The position numbers and the translations under genes were made by a program. This document shows, piece by piece, positions 25,701 through 37,028 of a DNA stretch of 64,000 nt (position 1 is the first letter of the stretch; every line of letters begins with the position of its first letter). A model generated the notes under the pieces. The model searched no databases and had not been told where the DNA came from. It saw only the letters and a program-made list of their open reading frames with translations. The DNA is from Octopus sinensis (lineage: Eukaryota): assembly GCF_006345805.1 (NCBI RefSeq), contig NC_043006.1, positions 73,036,001 to 73,100,000 of the forward strand, written 5' to 3'.

Positions 25701-26099
25701 ACCTCGCTTGAATGGCGCTTTTTACATGCCGCCAGCATGGGAGCCAGTCAGGTAGCACTGGCAACGATCGTGCTTGAATGGTGCTTTTTACGTGCCACTG
25801 GCATCGATCTGAATATAATTTTTATATTATATAATCTTCTATATATAAAGTAGGTACATACTATCTGTAAACTAGTTCAAGTACATAGCTTGGATTTTTT
25901 TAACATTACACACTCTTGCTAATAACAGTAAACAAAGTAGGCATTTCCAAGGTGATAACTTATCATCATCGACAGAATTAACTCATATCTGAGTAGTAGA
26001 CCTGTAGCCAGTGATTGGTCTACTTCATTTTGAAGGGTGCAAAAGGTGCTGGGGCCTGAGGTGGCTGTTCAGGCCAAGGGTGGTATAGAAAAGCCATGG

Positions 26100-26345
26100 G
26101 TATTTATGACTCCTCTTTGTAGAATTGGCCTCAAGCACCAGACCATGAGGAGCCCCCAAATTCTGTTTCTGAGACCTGCTCAAGGCCACACTTCTCTGCT
26201 GCTCCACTGATCCAAATATCTGGGAGACAATTGCCAAGGACTACCCAATGTGGCGATATGTAATTGTTGAGGGAACAGGCCTGATGGAAAACAACAGATA
26301 TCAGGACGCAGAAATCAGACATTCAAGACACAAAGCAATTTGCAC
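26100..26345 (+). mobile_element. Old RTE/BovB-like LINE 3' coding remnant
   Basis: GAPKFCF*DLLKATL..DPNIWETIAKDYPMWRYVIVEG resembles the RTE C-terminal GRPK..KD.LK..L...WE..A.DR..WR motif. Confidence 0.5.
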
Positions 26346-27089
26346 TTCCTTGTCCCCTACCATCTCCTCCCTGCGATAAATGGTAACTTACACCTATGAC
26401 ATAAAGCACATGTAGAATTAATATAGGTTTCTTTATATAAGCACCCACAGTACAGATGTTTCAATTAAAGGTCATATGAAGTGTGATGTAATGTATATCA
26501 ACATAATTGGAATATATAATAAAAGAATTGATCTGACTATCTCAGCAAAGGCATCTCAACAAAGGCATGCCAAAATAGGATAAAGAAAGCCACCAAAATA
26601 TATTTAGAAATTACAAAAGACTATGTGTACTGATTACAATATATATATAATATTGACCCAAAAGGGAATTTATGGTGGAGTAATTAATTCTAGGTTTACA
26701 GTTCATAGTTGAGACAAAGAAGGCATTTTCTTTCATACATTAAGTTCATTATATTGCAGTCATGATGACCTAGAAATTGTCAGGCTGACCCAAAACAGGA
26801 TAAATAAGAATATAATAATATTCATTGCATAAATAGTGGTGTAACATAAGGTAAACATATGATGTAATATCTCTTGAAACAAAATGATAATATAAAATTG
26901 CAGGAGTGGCTGTGTGTAAAAAGAGTGATTCCTAACCACGTGGTTTCGGGTTCAGTCTCACTGCGAGACGCCTTGGGCAAGTGTCTTCTACTATAGCCAC
27001 AGGCCAATCAAAGCCTTGAGTGGATTTGATAGGCAGAAACTGAAGGAAGCTCGTTGTATGTATATATATGCACACACACACACACACAC

Positions 27090-27131
<42 letters not shown>

Positions 27132-27134
<3 letters not shown>

Positions 27135-27295
27135 TAATCCAAACATGAAAGCACAAAAAAACAAGAGGACGGGGAACAAATATAGTATTATTGGACGCTC
27201 AGGAAAGAAGGAAAGGAAGGTTTAACGTTTTGAGCGGAGCTCTTCGTCGGAAACATAGGAGAAGGAAAGATCCAGAGAAGGGAAGACAGAAGAAA
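27132..27295 (-). mobile_element. Short Penelope-derived (HHR-bearing) interspersed repeat inserted in the (TA)n of a SINE
   Basis: Shares gttaatccaaacatgaaa..tatagt.ttattggacgctcagg with 7255-7338, contains the HHR-like fold and abuts (TA)n. Confidence 0.55.
27220..27254 (-). ncRNA. Minimal hammerhead-like motif, probably inactivated (G12A)
   Basis: Minus strand reads GUUU, CCGACGA, extra A, GAGC-ucc-GCUC, AAAA (canonical GAAA), ACGU palindrome, GUU site, AAAC. Confidence 0.5.
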
Positions 27296-27589
27296 CATAC
27301 ATATACACATAAAAATATATATATATACATACATATACACATATATATACATACACATATGTATATGTATATATATGTGCATGTATTTGTGTGTCTGTGT
27401 TTGTCCCCCTACCATCACTTGACACTGATGTTGGTGTGTTTATATCCCTGTAACTTAGCAGTTCAGCAAAAATGGCCAATAGAATAAGTGCTAGGCTTAC
27501 AAAGAATAAGTCCTGGGGTCAATTTGTTCGACTAAAGGCGGTGCTTCAGTCAAATGACTGAAACAAGTAAAAAAAAAAAAAGAAGAAAA

Positions 27590-27640
<51 letters not shown>

Positions 27641-27643
<3 letters not shown>

Positions 27644-27880
27644 TCATCATCATCATCGTTTAACGTCCGTTTTCCGCGCTAGCACGGGTTGGACGGTTTC
27701 GACCGGGGTCTGGGGAGCTCGGGACTGCCCCAGGCTCCAGTCTAGTCTGGCAGTGTTTCTACAGCTGGATGCCCTTCCTAACGCCAACCACTCTGCGAGT
27801 GTAGTGGGTGTTTTTTACGTGCCACCTGCACAGGTGCCAGAGGGGACTGGCATCGGCCACGTTCGGATGGTGCTTTTTAT
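27641..27880 (-). mobile_element. Young 5'-truncated RTE-type 3' end with (CAT)n tail
   Basis: catcatcatcgtttaacgtccgttttccgcgctagcacggg... with CpGs retained. Same family at ~2595-2745, 4330-4580, 14420-14640, 25426-25805, 33771-33920, 41760-42075, 45158-45410, 54640-54870, 57380-57725 and 59371-59660. Confidence 0.7.
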
Positions 27881-28135
27881 GTGGGGGGGGTATAGAAATA
27901 TATAGGGGAGCACCAGTGGGGAGGGGTGGTTCAGAGAAATGATGACAGGTTCTAGGCAAGTAGAACGTAGGATATCATGAGAGGGGTAATGCATGGTGAA
28001 ATAGCGTGTTGAAGAGGGGGGTTCGAAGAGTAGACACCTATAATGGTGGTGGGAGAAGCGACATCCAGTATAGATGGAACAAAAATATAGAGATATCCGG
28101 TATTGGTGGTGGGGGTGGGCAAGGGCGGGTGCACC

Positions 28136-28450
28136 GGGAATATGCGAAGGTTGAACTTTAGAGAAACGGGCGGGAATGGCGATGTTTTTAGGGTGGCATG
28201 TAGAAAGAAAAGGAAAGCAAAGCAGATTGGTGGTTATAAGTTCAAAACATTTAAACGGTAGACAAATGTATGTATGTATGAAATAGAAGGGAGAAATCTT
28301 AGCCTGCTCATGGACATTGCTGCAAGTCAGGGGAAGAAATGATAGTGAATGGTGGAGATCGAATTAAAGGGAATATGCGAAGGTTGAACTTTAGAGAAAC
28401 GGGCGGGAATGGCGATGTTTTTAGGGTGGCATGTAGAAAGAAAAGGAAAG

Positions 28451-28454
<4 letters not shown>
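28136..28454. repeat. 86-bp direct repeat (28136-28221; 28369-28454)
   Basis: gggaatatgcgaaggttgaac...aaaggaaagcaaa present twice. Confidence 0.9.
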
Positions 28455-28489
<35 letters not shown>

Positions 28490-28740
28490 ACTTGAGGGAA
28501 TAAAATCCAAAACTTACAAGGAAAAAAATTCAATTTAGAAATACTAAATCAAATTTCACACAATATAATATATATATAAAAAATTAGAAAAAAAACCACC
28601 TTTTATCAATTCAAAATGAACAATTGAATTACACCATCTAGAAAATTACATATAATAGAAATATTAAAATTAAAATAATAATAAAATGTCAATGATTAAG
28701 TAAATTGCAAAAAAATAATAATAACGTATATAATTTGTAG

Positions 28741-28831
28741 AATAACGACACGTGTTTCGTGGCAATATTTAAGAAATGATGATAGTAGAAGAGAAATCAC
28801 TTTGATATAAATATTGTCACTCATCGGGTTA
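28741..28831 (-). ncRNA. Minimal type-I hammerhead-ribozyme-like motif (Penelope pseudo-LTR type)
   Basis: Minus strand reads UAAC (stem I), CCGAUGA, a 13-bp stem II (gugacaauauuua/uaaauauugccac, 1 mismatch), GAAA, palindromic ACACGUGU stem III, C17 (GUC site at 28749-28747), then GUUA (stem I'). Confidence 0.6.
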
Positions 28832-29833
28832 AAAATAAACTAGAACAATAAAATAATTAACAAATATACTTTGATATATATATATATATAATGAAAAAAC
28901 TAAATATACATAAGTGAAAACTAAAACAATACTTAAATCATTAAATACTTTAAAATTAAATAAAATACACAAAGCTAGTACAAGTCATTAAATTGTAATC
29001 AAAATAAGAAATGGTTCAGTAAATTATTTAATTATTAGGTGGCTTATTTATTTGTATAAATAAATTTCTATTTATCATTTTCATCATTCACTCTTTTCTT
29101 TCAGCTCTTGTTCATCAACACTCCTTAACTCCTGCACTTATTAACAAACCCCAACCCCACCACAGACACACCCAAATCTCTTATCTATAGAATCACTCAG
29201 CACAACACAACCTGAGATCAGTTTGACATACATATATATATATACATACATACACACACTCACACATACATCATACGCACACATAACAGATATATATCTA
29301 CACACACACATTTTTTCTAGTTCATATGAACACATACATTTGCACATACATTCTCACCTGTATAGTTATATATGCCTACATACATATGCATATGTACACA
29401 CACACATATGTATATCTATCTACATTACTCAAGTACTTAACTTTATGTGTACATTGGTGGGAGGAGGATTAGTGAAATGGTAGCGTACCTTCCAGGGTTG
29501 CTCTTTTCAATAATTGAATGATTGAAAGTGTGGGTGTCATCCACACTATTTGGATATATGCATCGTTTTTTGTCTTTTTTTAAATAAAAAGCCTGAGAGA
29601 ATTCTATTATTGAGGGGGTGGGGTGGAAATACAGCTTTGACATTTGTTTGCTCATGCTGTAGGGACTTGTTATGTAGAATGTTTATAAAAACAAAAAGAC
29701 AGAGTGTAAGAAAAATATGGTTAGTTCAATATTTAACAAAAAAAATAAAAAGGAACAGATGAAATAGTTAAGTAATGAAGAGATGGATTTAATCAATTTC
29801 AATATTTAGACATGTACACACACACACACATAC

Positions 29834-29882
<49 letters not shown>

Positions 29883-30815
29883 GTCATGTTGAATCTCCTC
29901 TGCCACTGGACGGTTCTCCTTCACAATGAAGATTGCAATATTATATGAAGACTACTACAAAGCACACAGGCACCCTCGACTGATGCAGTGAAGATCTTGA
30001 ATCTTAAAACCTTAAAAACGAGTTGGGTCAATGGAGAGTCTAGCAATGGGAACAAATCTAAAAGTTCTGATATATGGCTCTGCTTTGTCACAAGAACAAA
30101 ATGAACACAACTGATTCATAATTGATCCTCACAAGGAGGCCAGGTTACTTGGGGAAGATTCCTTAAGGCTGGTAAGGAATATAATTACTTCCAGAAGGTT
30201 ACCAAAGTGTAATATAACTCCAGCTTTGCTATGAGGAAGATCTTCAGAGTTAAGCTGACCATGAAAGCTGATGGCATTACTGAATGGTTCACGTCTGTTT
30301 GTGATCAAGTGCCCAGGGAGGTTTTGGTAAATGACATTATGAAAGACAAAGCAATAAACTAAACTATCCAGTTAACAGGAAAGTCTACGGGAAGACAGGG
30401 GAGATGAATAAAGGTTAAGATGCGGAAGTAGGAAGTGTGAGAAATGTGAGTGGGAGACATCGATTAAGAAGATCAAATGGCTTCAGTTGTTTGCTTTAAA
30501 TGTAAACACTCAGAAGTATTGCAATGAAATTGGATTTTAGTGGAAGCAAGAGAGTGGAAGTCAAGACAACAACTGTAGACTGAACTGAAAAGGTTTAGAG
30601 GTCCATGAGAAATGAATAAGGAAGCAAGAATATAAAGAGGCCAGGTGTGACTTAAAGAAGGAATGACATGAGCCAGTCTAAGGAACGGAAGGTGTACTGA
30701 AGAACTAGAAGCCAAACTGAAGACATTCGTATAATAGAAAATATATATAAGTGGCTCGACAGGGTAGAGATTTAAATCTATTCAGCCTGTACAACATGCA
30801 TACATGCATGCACGT

Positions 30816-30854
<39 letters not shown>

Positions 30855-31859
30855 AAGAAAGAAGTTCATGGCTGTAGAAATACACTTTTGGAATATCACC
30901 TCTTGGAAAGAGGCCAAGAAATATTCCTGGCATCAATTAAAATTAAATACCTGCAAATGTCTGCACTTAAAATATTAACAAATAAAATAGTTAAAAAAAA
31001 ACCTTAAGTCTGGAACTAGTTTCTTTGCATTAATATGAAATTCAATTAAAGAAAAAAATAATGACTGCCCAAATATCTGAACAACTTAGGATCAATATTG
31101 ATCCTAAGTTTCTACCTTTAAATGATTATGGTAAAAGATAAGAATATGCAATAAAGATACCTATATTCATAAATATATCTCACCAACCCAACCAACACAC
31201 ATATATTCATAAACATGTCATATACCTTCATCACTTATCTATATATTCTTTCATTCTTTTATTCTTTTTATTCCACTCATTCAACTTTGGCCATCCTGAA
31301 GCACCACCTTTAGTCGAACAAATCAACCCCAGGATCTATTCTTTGTAAGCCTAGTACTTATTCTATCGGTCTCTTTTGCCGAACCGCTAGGTTATGGGAT
31401 GTAAACACACCAACATCAATTGTCGAGTGATGGTGGGTGGGGGGACAAACACATATACACACCCATATATATATCTTCTAATGGTAGTAATATGGAGATC
31501 CTCAGATTAATACCATTCCTTCCTCCAATCCCATCACCTACCTCTCCCTCCCAAGTACATAGAGAAATACCCACACAGCAAGATTGGCCTTCATACTGGC
31601 AAGAAGGGATAAACATCCCTCTGTGATTCATCCAATAATGCAGTATCATCCGATGAAATGAATCGATGATGATGATCGACCGGATGCCCACGGATAATAC
31701 GAACTATATAGAACTAATCTCAAGGATACTGACTGATGTCAAAAGCATTTGATTGATGGAAATGCATGTAGCAATGTATTAAATATTTATAAATTCCATC
31801 CCAGAATTATTATTATTAATATTATTGTTATTATATACATATATACATGTACACACACA

Positions 31860-31903
<44 letters not shown>

Positions 31904-31934
31904 TTCTGCCAAATGCGAGTTTTTTTCTTTTCAG

Positions 31935-33620
31935 GTACATGAAGCCACTGTCCCCAATCCCAGGGTCTCACGGGCCCATCCCTCCCACACCCTCAGGGTT
32001 GGCACTCACAACGTTGCCACACTGAAAGGTAGGTCTAGTGAGATTGTTGAGATGCTTGAACGGAGATGTGTTGATATATGCTGCATCCAAGAAGTAAGGT
32101 GGAGAGGAGGTTCTGTAAGGTTCCTCACAGGCAAAGAATGCAGGTAGAAGATTTTCTGGGCGGGGAACACTGACGGGGTCAGGGGCGTTGGTATACTTCT
32201 CGCTGAAAAATGGGTAGATAAGGTAATTGAGGTAGAATTATGCAACAGAATAGTTAAGATTGGATTAGTGCTTTACCATGGGTTAGCAACCTTTATATCG
32301 GCCTATACCCCTCAGCTGGGGCTACCTGATGGACAGAAAGGCCAATTCTATGACACCCTACTGCAGACTACCTCGTTGACGAACGACAGCGACCTTCTTT
32401 TTGTGGCTGGTGACTTCAATGGACATGTTGGACAACATACACAGGGCTTCCATGGCGTATATGGAGGCTATGGCTATGGTTCCCGCAATAAGGAGGGAAC
32501 CAGGCTGCTGGAGTTCTGCGATGCAAATGATCTTATGGTTTGCAATACTAACTTCAGGAAATCTACCAGTCACCTAATGATCGGGCCGACATACTAGCCA
32601 AATTGACTACATCCTTGCCAGAAAAAGGGAAAGATGGCTGCTTATAAATGCCAAAACCTTCCCAGGTGAAGAATGTACCCCACAACATAGACTGGTAGTT
32701 AGTGACTTTAGGATCAGGACTAAGTGGATGCCCAGAAGACGACCAACATGGAGAAGAAGAATCTGGAAGCTTAAAGATCCTGCGAATGGACAGAGATTTA
32801 GAGACATATTACTTGAAGCCGTTGACGAAATAGAAGGGGATATAGATTCACATAGTGTAGAAGACAACTATAGGTTTCGACGGGACAACCTGCTGAGAGC
32901 CACTGACCAGATCTGTGGATGGTATAAAGTCCCCTCTCGACCCAAAATAACATGGTGGTGGAACAATGTTGTAGATAGGGCTATTAGAGAAAAGAGACAG
33001 GCTTGGAAGGACTAGAAGAATGGTGGTAGCAGGGAATTGTATCAGACTGCCAGAAGAGAAGCTAGGAGACAGGTTTACTTAGCCAGAGGGGAAGCAGATA
33101 AGAAAAAATTTGCCAATGTTCTGTGCCATGAGGACCAAAGATTTGAGGTATTTCATGATGCAAGACAGTGTGTGAGAGAGAATCGTGATGTTGTAGGAGA
33201 GAAATGTGTCCGCCTGGATGATGGTTCTCTTGCACTAAATGAGGCTGCAAAGAGAGAGATTTGGAGACGCCACTATGAAAGGTTGCTGAACAAACAAAAT
33301 GAATGGGGGAAAGAGAGTCTGCCGATTGTCCACCCAACAGAGGGACCAGCTATCCGAGTTGACAGTACCTTGGTAGTTAAAGCAATTAAAAGTATGAAGA
33401 CAGGGAAAGCCCCAGGCCCCTCAGGAATTACTGCAGAGATGCTCAAAATATCTGGCAGTGTTGGCATTAGCCTGGTCACCCGTATAGTTAACCAGGTGAT
33501 ACACGAAGGAGTCATACCCAATGACTGGTGTACCAGCATAATAGTCAACTGCTACAAAGGTAAAGGTGACGCTTTAGATACAAATAACTACAGAGGTATC
33601 AAGCTGTTAGATCAGGTAAT
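31935..33620 (+). mobile_element. RTE-clade LINE fragment: APE endonuclease plus start of RT, inactivated and 3'-truncated
   Basis: GTHNVATL, ICCIQEVRW, AGDFNGHVG, SQIDYIL, HRLVV, WWWN, KAPGPSGITAEMLK, YKGKGD..NYRGIKLL. Stops at 32145 and 33013, frameshift near 32590. Confidence 0.92.
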
Positions 33621-34397
33621 GTCAGGTGTCCCAGATGAACCAACTTCACGGCAGGAGGGGCAGATGAGGGCAGCTGCATCGAACTCTCTCATGCACCAAA
33701 TGGCAGTTGCTAGAAAGCTTTCGTGAAGTGAAACCAAGTAGCAACACCAAATGGCGGTGCATATATATATATCATCATCATTGTTTAACATCTGCTTTCC
33801 ATGCTGGCATGGGTTGGACTGGCAAGCCAGATGGCTGCACCAGGTTCCAATCTGATCTGGCAGAGTTTCTACAGCTGGATGCCCTTCCTAATGCCAACCA
33901 CTCCGAGAATGTAGTGGGTGCTTCATTCCTTACATATATATAATAGTCATCATGACCATTATCATTTTAACATCCACTTTTCCATGCTTCCATGGGTCAA
34001 ATGCAGTTTATTGAGGTAGATGTTCTATGCCCAGATGCTCTTCTTTCTGCCATTGTGAGCATTGGTGACAAAAAAGTATTGGATCAGATGTGTTTCTGCA
34101 GAATATTGGACAAGAACGACACTGCATGTATGACAATAATACTCATTTACAGCTGTCATGCTATATCAAGACAGGGAAACACAAATGCAATCATACACAC
34201 ACACAAACAGACACATATAGTACCTTACTTTGAAAGACATGGTTGCAGAATATATACTGCAATAATAAGTACAAGAATGTAATTCAAGTAATTAAACACC
34301 ACAAACAATATCAGTAAACATTTTCTGTTGTTAAAGAAATGCAAATCATAAAAAAAGAAAAAAACTCAAAAAATTTCAAAATAAAAAAAAAACTCAC

Positions 34398-35151
34398 ATT
34401 TTGTAGAAGAAGACTTTGTGTAAGCAGTTGCACCCTTTTCATTCTTTCCAATAGCCCTGATGGTTGGCTTTGTATTAAGTTTGGGCCAGGGGGCTCCTGG
34501 ATCTGGACATTGTGCTGCTGCTGCAGCAGCAGTTGTGGTTGTTTGAGTAGCAGCAGTTTGGTTGACAACCGGAGTCAATATGGGGTTATTACTACTAAGC
34601 TGTGGGGACTGGCCAGCAGCCGCACCGATAGGGGCATACAAACTGTTAGTCTTGGTAAAGAGAGAAAATGCCAAATCTGTGGAAGATGACAGTGATGGGG
34701 TAGTGAACACAGAAGATGAGGAAGACGATGATGATGATGGAGGATATGGAGAAATTGATGGACAAGAAGGATAAGGCAGAGCTGGACAAGATGAAGGGTG
34801 CTGCTGTACAGCTTCCAGCACTTCATGGCTCTTCATTACTGACCCAGAATTCTGTAGATTTGCAATGTTTCCCAGACATTGCAGAGGGGGAGCTGCTGAC
34901 ATCTCTGATGTTTGAAGAACAGTTTTTGACTTGTCTGCAGTGGTATTTTTCATTTGAGATAAAGGTATGGCAGTGCCAGTGCTGCTCTGAGGAAACTTAA
35001 CTGCTGTCAGATTGAGAGCAACTAGCAAAGAAAGTACATCGGGATTTGTTTGCTGGGTTATTCTTTGAAGAAAAGCTGCAATAGCTTCAGAGCAATGTCT
35101 ATGGTAATCATATTGAATCTTCAGAAAGAGGACAACACACTTTGCCATTGT
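34398..35151 (-). CDS. GARRE1: GARRE1-like coding exon 2 (end of DUF4745-like region, then S/T/P/A/Q low-complexity region)
   Basis: Acceptor ttatattttcag|ACA ATG (phase 0, matches exon 1). Donor T|GTGAGT (GT 34397-34396), phase 1. Open for 754 nt. TMAKCVVLFLKIQYDYHRHC resembles recalled human VLGRCFLTVVQVHFQFLTHA. Confidence 0.8.
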
Positions 35152-37028
35152 CTGAAAATATAAGCAAAATGGAATTAGGATGGCATTATGACATACTTGG
35201 GCAATGCTGATAGATTTTTAAAAAGTAAGAGAAAAGATTATTCCACACATATTATAAAGAATGTAATGCAATATTTATTACAATGTATGTTGATATATAA
35301 AAAAACAGTGGTTCTCAGTCTCTGGTAATTCAGAGCACTTTTTTATGGCATTTCTAAAACATCAAATGAGATTTAACCAATGTCTCCAGCTAATGCCTTA
35401 CATCCCACCCCCTCAGCCAAGAAAGCAAATTATTTTAATCAAACCAAAGCAATTTTTGCGCAATGGCTAATCATCAATATTTTCTGAGACATTATCATCC
35501 AACGAGTACCTCTTTTTACTGAGCGTGAATTAGTGCTTGCCATGCAAAACTTTTATGGAAATTATTGAAAAAAACACAAGAGCTTGTAGAATGGAATTAT
35601 ATTTCACCTTGGAGCATCACCATTCATGATTTCTTGTCAGATTCATATTCTAATCCTGATAAAGAATTTTTTTTGGAAAAATGTGTATGCAATATAAATA
35701 TTGAACTTAGGTTAAATATTTTATTTCAAAAAACAAATCCTGACCATCCTAAAAATAACCGACACTCTAATAGTGCCCCTTGTCAGATCTTTTCCGATGG
35801 TTCCAGTAGGGATGAAAAACTGGCTACATCCCAATTGTATTTATTTAGACCTTGTAAAGAGAGGGCATGTCATTCATGAGGTCATAAATAGTGATGAAAG
35901 AACTTTGACAAACTGATCGATTGTTTAACCACCACATTAAACAAACAATTGATTAGTTAGTTGATTAGATATTTAACTAGTTGACTAACAATAAAGAAGT
36001 GATATTGAACCAGTGTGTGTGTGTTATGACCCTCCCAAGATACGAGATTCATTTCAACACATGGATTCACACCAAGAAGCTAGCTAACTGAATACAAAAA
36101 CTAAGTGCTTGTGTATATATATATATATATATATGGAGCTACACTTCATTATGAAAAATTCTCTACAAAATTAAATTTTGAAAGAGAATCAGAGGAACTA
36201 CATTTTGTCCAAAAAGATTGGAAAGAGAAACAGAGAAAATATGCAAGAACACCCCTCCAAACGAAACAAACTGAACATTACATGGTCAGCTCACACAGAC
36301 ACTGTGCTCAGTTAATAGGACAAGGGAGAAATAATGCAAATGAATGCTCCAATGAATGCTATATCACTGTCTAACAATATTCACATACCATGTAAAGTGA
36401 CATCAATGCATGCTAGATGGTTTTGATGTCTGCCATGATCATTTTACCACTATATTATTATTTTTAGTAATGATGATTGATGAAGAGAAAACATTTATAT
36501 TACACTGTTACTATTGTTCCTGAACGTGGCTCCAATGTTGTGATACTCATCTCTATAAATGATTATATATATATATATATATATATAACATTGGGATTTT
36601 GACAACTGTTGTTCTTATAGAACTTACATATAACCGAGAAAGAATACTAGAATTATTTTACCACTGATTAGGAAAGATATCTAATGTAGCTACTTGGCAA
36701 AATAATTCATGAAAAAGATCTCTTTTGAATTATCTTATCCAAGCAAGCACGAAAAATAGAAATAAATCCTACAAAAGGATAAAAGATACTCAAAAATTTA
36801 TTTAAGCAGGCCTTGTTTTGTTATATAATTTATATCTTACAGAGTGGCTTCCAGCTAAATATACAATATACATGTTATTACAAAACTCATTTATGATGCT
36901 TGATTAAATGTACATAGCGAACAAATTGAATTATAAACAGTACTGAACTCAAATTATTTTTATGTTCTGACTTTATTTTCTTCATTTATGAATATTTAAT
37001 GTTTGTTCGTGCAAAACATGGAATTATA

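Larger units (their letters stand above)
26900..27570 (+). mobile_element. Bipartite tRNA-derived SINE interrupted by the HHR-bearing repeat
   Basis: Head ~26900-27055, 3' domain ~27385-27570. Confidence 0.75.

Noticed and set aside
29890-30720. Non-repetitive-looking block with an 80-aa minus ORF
   Set aside because: No splice sites in phase with GARRE1 and no clear motif. Probably an old LINE remnant, but I cannot support a class.
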